A stretch of DNA of 32,000 nt, from assembly GCF_001306055.1 (NCBI RefSeq), contig NZ_LGHJ01000012.1, forward strand, positions 272,539 through 304,538, in the 5' to 3' direction. Numbering within the stretch: position 1 is the first letter of the stretch; every line of letters starts with the position of its first letter. The translations under genes were made by a program, and so were the position numbers. Source of the stretch: Bellilinea caldifistulae. GTDB taxonomy: Bacteria; Chloroflexota; Anaerolineae; Anaerolineales; Anaerolineaceae. This document shows, one piece after another, positions 26,188-32,000 of the stretch. Under the pieces are notes generated by a model, which worked only from the letters and a program-made list of their open reading frames with translations, was not told the DNA's origin and ran no database searches.

Positions 26188-26328
26188 ATGTCGAAAGAAA
26201 GCAAGAAAAAACCAACACCTCGCGAAACACCCGAACAGCGTGCCGTGCGCATGCAGCGCCTGGTGTTTATCATTCTCTCGGTGATGATCATTCTGGCAAT
26301 GGTTTTGTCAGTGGTTTCTACCCTCTAA
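26188..26328 (+). CDS. 46-aa tail-anchored small membrane protein
   Basis: MSKESKKKPTPRETPEQRAVRMQRLVFIILSVMIILAMVLSVVSTL. GGAGG lies 6 nt upstream of ATG 26188, and the gene has its own promoter. The track's longer 85-aa version would start upstream of that promoter. Confidence 0.55.
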   Translation: MSKESKKKPTPRETPEQRAVRMQRLVFIILSVMIILAMVLSVVSTL

Positions 26329-26443
26329 TCAACCCCGCCCAGAATCGGTATTCCCCATCCCCATCGGCAATCGGTCAGTCTGATACCCCATATAGCGGCA
26401 GTATGCGCCGTTAATGCCCACCCAACGATCAAGGAGATTACCG

Positions 26444-28021
26444 ATGATGCCGAAATCTTACAATGCCTTTTGGATCACTGCCCTGTTGATTGCTGCAGGG
26501 GTTGATTTTCTATTCTGGGGTAAACCGGTTGGCGTATCCTTTCCAATCTGGACGCTGTTAGCGATCAGCGGTGCTTTGTTCTTGAATTTTCGACACGGCT
26601 CACACCCGGCACGGGCAAATATCGTGCTCGGCGGGATCATCCTCGCCCTGGCGTCTCTCACCTTCTTGCGCGCCGAGCCGCTCACCGCTGCCTTGGGGCT
26701 TTTACTGGCTCTGGCAGCGCTGATGCTTTGGGCTGTCACTCTGCCCAATGGTCACTGGCTGTATTACACTCTCTGGGATACCCTACGAGCCGTCACCATT
26801 TTAGTCTTTGCCGCCCTCACCCGGTCATTTACTTTGCTCACCTCTCGAGACGATCCGCCCGAAAAACAACAGGCTTCCCCGCTTTCCCGCCAGGGCTGGG
26901 CTGTTTTGCGCGGCATTCTGCTGGCGCTACCGGTGGTGGGACTGCTGGCCTTGTTGTTGGCCTCGGCTGACCTGGTCTTTGCCCAACGGCTGCACTTGGC
27001 GCTGGATGCCCTGCGGCTGGAAAAATTACCGGAAACACTCTTCCGCCTTTTTTACATCGGAGTGTTGACCTTCATTTTCTGCGGGGTACTGCTGCATGCC
27101 GTCTTTCCGGCGCATGAGGTCAAACCATCTCCCAAAGAAAGTCGCTTTCTCTCCCCGTTTCTTGGCTGGACGGAAAGCAGCATTCTTCTGGGGAGTGTCA
27201 ATGCGTTGTTTCTCTTCTTCGTGATTCTCCAATTCCGTTATCTGTTTGGCGGGCAGGCTAACATTCACGAAGCCGGTTTCACCTATGCCGAATACGCCCG
27301 CCGCGGTTTTGGGGAACTGGTGTGGGTGGCGATCATCACCCTCTCGCTGATTCTGACCTTGCATACCATCAGCCGGCGCAATACCACTACCCGCCAGCGG
27401 GTCTTTGTCGCCCTGAACGTCCTGCTGATAGCCCTGGTGCTGGTTATCCTCGCTTCGGCTTATCAGCGCCTGATCCTCTATGAACAGGCTTATGGGTTCA
27501 CCCGCTTGCGAACCTATACCTATCTGTTCATCCCGTGGCTTGGCTTGTTGCTGCTGACCGTCTCAGGGTTGATCCTCAGTAATCAAATGCGGCGGATGGG
27601 CTTTGCGCTGATCTTCTTTGCTCTGGGATTTGGGTTGCTGCTGGGTATTTGGAATGTAGATGGCTGGGTTGCCCGCCAAAACATCCAGCGGGCGCTCAAC
27701 GGTCAGGAGCTGGATGGGGATTACCTGCAAACCCTCTCTGCCGATGCGGTACCGGATTTGATTCGACTGGCTCAGCAAAATCAATTACCAGCCTCGGCAA
27801 GAACGGAAATCCTCATTGGTCTGGCCTGCCGGGCTGGCCAGCCAAGCCCCGACAATCTACCATGGCAGTCTTTCAACCTCAGCCAGCACCGTGCCGCCAG
27901 CCTGCTGGCCGCAAACGCCGGTTTGTGGCAGGACTACATCGTTCAACAAGACCGCAATGGTATGTACGTCTTACACAACGGCCAGCGACGGTATTGCGGT
28001 TACGCCGAGCGGTTCGATTGA
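26444..28021 (+). CDS. polytopic membrane protein, DUF4153/DUF4173-like
   Basis: AAGGAG lies 7 nt upstream of ATGATG at 26444. At least 10 hydrophobic segments. Segments YAEYARRGFGELVWVAIITLSL and RLILYEQAYGFTRLRTYTY match my memory of the DUF4153/4173 family; the family call is not verified. Confidence 0.7.
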   Translation: MMPKSYNAFWITALLIAAGVDFLFWGKPVGVSFPIWTLLAISGALFLNFRHGSHPARANIVLGGIILALASLTFLRAEPLTAALGLLLALAALMLWAVTLPNGHWLYYTLWDTLRAVTILVFAALTRSFTLLTSRDDPPEKQQASPLSRQGWAVLRGILLALPVVGLLALLLASADLVFAQRLHLALDALRLEKLPETLFRLFYIGVLTFIFCGVLLHAVFPAHEVKPSPKESRFLSPFLGWTESSILLGSVNALFLFFVILQFRYLFGGQANIHEAGFTYAEYARRGFGELVWVAIITLSLILTLHTISRRNTTTRQRVFVALNVLLIALVLVILASAYQRLILYEQAYGFTRLRTYTYLFIPWLGLLLLTVSGLILSNQMRRMGFALIFFALGFGLLLGIWNVDGWVARQNIQRALNGQELDGDYLQTLSADAVPDLIRLAQQNQLPASARTEILIGLACRAGQPSPDNLPWQSFNLSQHRAASLLAANAGLWQDYIVQQDRNGMYVLHNGQRRYCGYAERFD

Positions 28022-28050
28022 AACCCTCACAGGATTTTTTTTCGTAAAAT

Positions 28051-28066
28051 TGTCAGTTATCTGACA
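28051..28066. promoter_or_regulatory. inverted repeat TGTCAG-TTAT-CTGACA in the mmd upstream region (operator candidate)
   Basis: Perfect 6-bp arms at 28051..28056 and 28061..28066, in a 231-bp AT-rich spacer upstream of mmdA. Confidence 0.3.
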
Positions 28067-28181
28067 TTTAATCAAAAAAGGGGATGAAAATCAGGCAATT
28101 AATGGTATATTTTACGATATAAATCTGCCCTTTTGTTGACTAAAATAAATAAGTACATGGGCAGGCTTAACCTGTTCCATT

Positions 28182-28213
28182 GGGAAGCATTTGTCTTCCC
28201 TCTTTCTGTTTTC
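28182..28213 (+). terminator. terminator-like hairpin plus T-rich run inside the mmdA leader (possible attenuator)
   Basis: GGGAAG (28182..28187), loop catttgt, CTTCCC (28195..28200), then tctttctgttttc. It ends 40 nt upstream of ATG 28253. Confidence 0.3.
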
Positions 28214-28252
28214 TACTTAAAATCCCAAACCCCCAAAAAGCGAGGATGCCTT

Positions 28253-29803
28253 ATGCCTGAAGAAGATCCCCGAATTCTTGAATTGCGCGAAATGCGCCAG
28301 AAGGCGCGGCTGGCCGGCGGCGAAGAGCGAATTGCCAAGCACAAAGCCAAAGGCAAACTGACCGCCCGCGAACGCATCGAACAACTGCTCGATCCCGGTT
28401 CTTTCCACGAAATCGGCCTGTATGCCACCCATCGCAGTGAAGACCTGGGTATGACCGAAAAGTACCCCGGCGATGGCGTGATTACCGGTTACGGCACGGT
28501 GGACGGCCGCACCATTTACGTCTACGCACAGGACTTTACCGTGATGGGCGGTTCATTGGGTGAAACCCAGGGAAAGAAGATTGCCGCCATCATGGACATG
28601 GCGGCTGCGGCTGGTGCTCCCGTGATCGGTCTGATCGATTCCGGCGGGGCGCGCATCAATGAAGGTGTGCGCAGCCTGTACGGTTATGCCCAAATCTTCC
28701 AGCGCAACGCCTGGTATTCCGGCGTTATCCCTCAAATCAGCCTTGTGTTGGGGCCGTGCGCCGGAGGTGCTGCCTACTCCCCCGCCGTCACCGACATGAT
28801 CATCATGGTTGAAAAGCAGTCCTTCATGTTCCTGACCGGCCCGGAGGTGATCAAGTCGGTTACCGGTGAAGTAGTTGACACCGAAAGTCTGGGCGGCGCC
28901 GATGTGCATCTCGGCATTAGCGGTACGGCGCACATCAAGACCCAATCCGATGTGGAAGCCATCGCCATGGCGCGCAAGGTGCTCAGCTACCTGCCCTCCA
29001 ACAATGTCGAAAACCCGCCTTATGTGGATACCGGCGATGACCCCAACCGCATGGACAACTCCCTCAACACCATCGTCCCGCTGGACCCCTCCGAGCCGTA
29101 CAACATGCATGAAGTCATCGAGAAGATCGTGGACAACGGCACCTTCATCGAATTACAGGCTCCGTTTGCCCGCAACGCCATCATCGGCCTGGCACGGATG
29201 GGCGGCTACACGGTCGGTATTGTCGCTCAGGAGCCGGCCTTCATGGCAGGATCCATGGATATCGACTCCGCCGATAAAATTGCCCGCTTCGTTCAGTTCT
29301 GTGATTCGTTCAACATCCCGCTGGTAACCTTCTGCGATTCACCCGGCTTCCTGCCCGGCGTGGACCAGGAACACCGCGGCGTGATTCGCCACGGCGCCAA
29401 AGTGTTGTATTCCTACTCCAATGCCACCGTCCCGAAAATTCAAATCATCACCCGCAAGGCTTACGGCGGCGCTTACATCGTCATGTCCTCCAAAGTGATG
29501 GGGGCCGACATTTCCTTTGCCTGGCCAAGCGCCGAAATTGCCGTGATGGGTCCCGAAGGGGCAGCCAATATTCTATACCGCAAACAGATTCAGGAAGCCG
29601 AAGACCCGGCCGCCGAGCGCAAGAAAATCGTCGAAGAATATCGCAAGAAATTCCTCAACCCGTATGCGGCTGCTGCCGACGGCTTTGTGGATGATGTCAT
29701 CGAGCCCCGCGAAACCCGCATGCGAGTGATTGCGGCGCTGGCAGCCCTGCGCGAAAAAGCTGCTTCCACCCCTGCCCGCAAACATGGCAACATCCCGCTT
29801 TAG
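28253..29803 (+). CDS. mmdA: methylmalonyl-CoA decarboxylase alpha subunit (carboxyltransferase, PccB/12S family)
   Basis: Start at ATG 28253 with GAGGA 6 nt upstream. MPEEDPRILELREMRQKARLAGGEERIAKHKAKGKLTARERIEQLLDPGSF, DFTVMGGSLGE, DSGGARINEG and GPCAGGAAYSPA are typical of acyl-CoA carboxyltransferases. Followed by OadG-, BCCP- and OadB-type genes. Confidence 0.9.
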   Translation: MPEEDPRILELREMRQKARLAGGEERIAKHKAKGKLTARERIEQLLDPGSFHEIGLYATHRSEDLGMTEKYPGDGVITGYGTVDGRTIYVYAQDFTVMGGSLGETQGKKIAAIMDMAAAAGAPVIGLIDSGGARINEGVRSLYGYAQIFQRNAWYSGVIPQISLVLGPCAGGAAYSPAVTDMIIMVEKQSFMFLTGPEVIKSVTGEVVDTESLGGADVHLGISGTAHIKTQSDVEAIAMARKVLSYLPSNNVENPPYVDTGDDPNRMDNSLNTIVPLDPSEPYNMHEVIEKIVDNGTFIELQAPFARNAIIGLARMGGYTVGIVAQEPAFMAGSMDIDSADKIARFVQFCDSFNIPLVTFCDSPGFLPGVDQEHRGVIRHGAKVLYSYSNATVPKIQIITRKAYGGAYIVMSSKVMGADISFAWPSAEIAVMGPEGAANILYRKQIQEAEDPAAERKKIVEEYRKKFLNPYAAAADGFVDDVIEPRETRMRVIAALAALREKAASTPARKHGNIPL

Positions 29804-29834
29804 CCGGCAAACGGATTAAAGAGGAGCGCGATCC

Positions 29835-30221
29835 ATGTCAGAATTACTTTCGCAAGGTTTATTGATGACCCTGATCGGGATGGGGCTGGTTTTTCTGGCG
29901 CTCATCTTCCTGTGGGGGCTGATCAACCTGATTGCCAGCCTGCCCATCGGGACAAAGGAGAAGGAAGAAGAAGTCCCCGCCGCTGAAGAGACCCAAGTTG
30001 AAGCGGCCGCCCCGCCACCAGCCGAAGATGACCGGCAGGTTTTACGGGCGCGTGCAGCCGCCGCAGCGGTGGCCGCCGCACTGGCTATGCAGCGTTCGGC
30101 AATGCGGGTTGCTCCTCCTGCCGGTGGAGCAATCAGCGCATGGCAGGCAGCCCGCCGTAGCAGCCAGTTTGCCCTCAATGCTCAAATTACCTCTCGTAAA
30201 ACCCGGAGTTCTGTGCGATGA
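29835..30221 (+). CDS. mmdD: OadG-family small membrane subunit (methylmalonyl-CoA decarboxylase delta)
   Basis: 128 aa. The N-terminal TM segment LLSQGLLMTLIGMGLVFLALIFLW is the OadG signature, followed by an Ala/Glu/Pro-rich tail. GAGGAG Shine-Dalgarno upstream. Confidence 0.8.
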   Translation: MSELLSQGLLMTLIGMGLVFLALIFLWGLINLIASLPIGTKEKEEEVPAAEETQVEAAAPPPAEDDRQVLRARAAAAAVAAALAMQRSAMRVAPPAGGAISAWQAARRSSQFALNAQITSRKTRSSVR

Positions 30222-30664
30222 AACTGAATGTCAAAATCAACGACCAAACTTTCGAAGTGGAAATTGCCGACCTGAACGCCCGTCCGATCCTTGCGACGGT
30301 AGATGGAGAAACCTTTGAGGTTTATCCGGAAGAGGCTGTTCAGCCTGCCGTCCGCGCCGCAGTCCCGGCGACCCCCGCACCTGCACCTGCTGCGGCAGCC
30401 CCCACCCCGGTCAGCCGCCCGGCAGCGCCCGCTGCACCGGTGAATGCCAGCAAAGCCCTGACCGCCCCCCTGCCGGGTACGGTAGTTTCGGTATTGGTCA
30501 AGGAAGGCTCAGAGGTCAAGTACGGGCAAGAATTGCTCACCATTGAAGCCATGAAGATGAAAAATGCCATCCGTGCGACGCGGGATGGCAAAATCGCCAC
30601 GATTTATGTCAAAGAGGGCGATTCTGTGCGCCATGGACAGGCCTTACTGGAATACGCCGACTGA
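30218..30664 (+). CDS. mmdC: biotin carboxyl carrier subunit (methylmalonyl-CoA decarboxylase gamma)
   Basis: 148 aa. Ala/Pro linker, then biotinyl domain with LTIEAMKMKNAI (the EAMKM biotinylation motif). ATGA overlap with mmdD. Confidence 0.88.
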   Translation: MKLNVKINDQTFEVEIADLNARPILATVDGETFEVYPEEAVQPAVRAAVPATPAPAPAAAAPTPVSRPAAPAAPVNASKALTAPLPGTVVSVLVKEGSEVKYGQELLTIEAMKMKNAIRATRDGKIATIYVKEGDSVRHGQALLEYAD

Positions 30665-30678
30665 CGGAGGCGGATAAT

Positions 30679-31464
30679 ATGGACTTTAGCGAACTGCTAG
30701 TCGAAATTTCCAAAGGCATTACCGCCTTCACCTGGGGTAATGCGGTCATGATCGCCGCCGGCCTGGTTTTGATCATTCTGGCCATCGTCAAAGAATTTGA
30801 ACCAGTCCTGCTGCTGCCAATTGGTTTTGGCTGTATTCTCGCCAATCTGGGCATGTCCAACGATCACGGCATGTTCAAAGCCCTGTACGAGGCCGGCATC
30901 AAAACCGAGCTGTTCCCCCTGCTCATCTTCATCGGCGTCGGGGCGATGATTGACTTCCGCCCTTTGCTGGCCATGCCGCGCATGGCCCTGTTGGGAGCCG
31001 CCGGGCAATTCGGGATTTATGCCACCCTGCTGCTGGCCATTTTGCTGGGTTTTCCGCTCAATCAGGCCGCTTCCATCGGCTCCATTGGCGCCATTGACGG
31101 CCCGACCGCCATCTTTGTAACCACCAAACTTGCCCCGGAGATTCTTGCGCCGGTGACGGTGGCGGCCTATTCCTACATGAGCCTCATCCCCATCATCCAG
31201 ATTCCGGTGATGAAACTGCTCACCACCCGCAAAGAGCGCCGCATCCGCATGGAATACGCCGCCCGACCCGTTTCGGATACGGTGGTGATTGCCTTCCCCA
31301 TCATCGTGACCGTTGTCATCAGCCTGCTGGCGCCGGATGCCGCCCCGCTGATTGCAACCCTGATGCTGGGCAACCTGCTCAAAGAAAGCGGCGTGGTGGA
31401 TCGGCTGAGCAAAGCCGCTCAGAACGAGATCATCAACATCACCACCCTGTTTCGAGAGAGTTGA
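30679..31464 (+). pseudogene. mmdB: Na+-translocating decarboxylase beta subunit (OadB/MmdB family), truncated after ~257 native codons
   Basis: KEFEPVLLLPIGFGCILANL, GVGAMIDFRPLL, GAAGQFGIY, GAIDGPTAIF and AAYSYMSLIPIIQ match OadB/MmdB. The ORF ends ...AAQNEIINITTLF-RES*, whereas homologues continue NIxTIFLGL... for >110 more residues, including the GSAGVSAVPMAAR region. A transposase gene follows. Confidence 0.8.
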
Positions 31465-32000
31465 AAAATCAAGCGTAATACGCCGAGCAGGCTGTTTGAG
31501 GGGTGGAAAAGCCGCACCCGATGGGGTATCCACCCTAAAATAAAGGGGCTGTGTATCTTGATTTGACCTCTTCACTTCCATTTTTTCTGGATTTTTGACC
31601 ACCAGCGACACTTCACCCTCCGCATGGGAGTTCACCCTTGGATGGCGGCCCCAGCCGGGGTTTTGAACCCGACGCCAAACAGGAGCTTGACCATTCGTTT
31701 CAAGTTGAGCGCTATCGCCGTCAAAAAGGCTTGCACCGCAAAGCCCATTTTTCCCAAATACCGGCAGCGTCCCAACCCATGCCACTGTTTGGCTTCCCCA
31801 AATTTGCGTTCGATTTTGTAGCGCTGTTTCAAGCCTTGACGGTACGGTTGGGTCTGCTCCAAGGCCAGCCAGCTGTCTTTGTTGGCGTCTTTCTTCTGCG
31901 TGCGCGTCTTTTTCAAGCGAATTGCCGAGTGTAAGCCGTGCAGTTCTAAATAGAAGTGATTGTTGCCGTCATCATAGCCTTTATCCGCCGCATAGGTCTC
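31452..32000 (-). mobile_element. IS1182/IS5-type insertion sequence, partial (continues past the right edge)
   Basis: mmdB homology is lost at ~31451, and the C-terminal part of a DDE transposase lies on the minus strand. The exact IS terminus is not determinable: 180 nt of non-coding sequence lies between the junction and the transposase stop, and it contains the inverted repeat GGGTGGA...TCCACCC at 31501..31535. Confidence 0.6.
31632..32000 (-). CDS. DDE transposase, C-terminal 122 codons (IS1182/IS5 family, DDE_Tnp_1_6-like)
   Basis: The reverse frame is open from base 32000. It reads ETYAADKGYDDGNNHFYLELHGLHSAIRLKKTRTQKK...QRYKIERKFGEAKQWHGLGRCRYLGKMGFAVQAFLTAIALNLKRMVKLL*. The aDkGYd and YxxRxxIE..F..xK motifs are typical. 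The track's M at 31916 is an internal TTG. Confidence 0.8.
   Translation of the reverse strand, partial: ETYAADKGYDDGNNHFYLELHGLHSAIRLKKTRTQKKDANKDSWLALEQTQPYRQGLKQRYKIERKFGEAKQWHGLGRCRYLGKMGFAVQAFLTAIALNLKRMVKLLFGVGFKTPAGAAIQG

Noticed and set aside
30330-30460. GC-rich repetitive DNA (gcacctgcacctgctgcggcagcc...), looking like a tandem repeat
   Set aside because: It encodes the Ala/Pro-rich flexible linker typical of biotin carrier proteins, in frame in mmdC. It is not an independent repeat element. The same logic applies to the Ser/Thr-rich tail of the FmdB gene (25840..25962) and the Pro/Thr linker of the LysM protein.
30697-31785. 362-aa minus-strand ORF spanning mmdB and the IS junction
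   Set aside because: It runs antisense to a clear OadB-family frame and continues across an insertion junction. Its composition is Gly/Gln/Asp/His-rich and unlike any known protein.
1-32000. CRISPR arrays, tRNA/rRNA genes, retron/DGR reverse transcriptases, toxin-antitoxin pairs
   Set aside because: I scanned both strands by eye. I found no regularly spaced direct repeats, no tRNA-like T-arm/acceptor patterns, no RT motifs (YxDD) in any sizeable ORF, and no small paired ORFs of TA type. A computational scan (tRNAscan-SE, minced, Infernal) would be needed to exclude them formally.

Overview
High-GC (~60% by hand counts) bacterial chromosomal window. It is mostly housekeeping and bioenergetic operons. 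The gene content (T-box-controlled pheST, YfhO-type and DUF4153-type membrane proteins, many starts without a Shine-Dalgarno) suggests Chloroflexota/Anaerolineae, but that is inference only.

Gene order, left to right:
- 5' two thirds of an SNF2-family helicase (minus strand, runs off the left edge, absent from the ORF track)
- pheS-pheT (minus) behind a clear Phe T-box leader
- MFS transporter
- a ~3.2 kb low-GC island with a YfhO-like GT-C glycosyltransferase and an unassigned 307-aa polytopic partner (minus)
- complete seven-gene mrpABCDEFG Na+/H+ antiporter operon
- SDR epimerase
- a lipoprotein with four LGFP-like repeats, convergent with a LysM lipoprotein
- small LuxR-type regulator
- xseA-xseB-DUF212
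- a class V cysteine desulfurase translationally coupled to a membrane-anchored DsbA-like protein with a CxxS site
- FmdB zinc ribbon
- a 46-aa tail-anchored mini-protein with its own promoter
- DUF4153-like membrane protein
- an mmdA-mmdD-mmdC-mmdB Na+-translocating methylmalonyl-CoA decarboxylase operon whose beta subunit is cut after ~257 codons by an IS1182/IS5-type element that runs off the right edge

I found no CRISPR array, tRNA, rRNA, integrase, or recognisable defence or toxin-antitoxin module, and no compelling wholly novel system. The most unusual loci are the low-GC GT-C island, the desulfurase/CxxS-DsbA pair, the IS-disrupted sodium pump, the repeat lipoprotein and several structured AT-rich leaders. 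Most long ORFs in the track that lie opposite or out of frame to these genes are GC-driven shadow ORFs.
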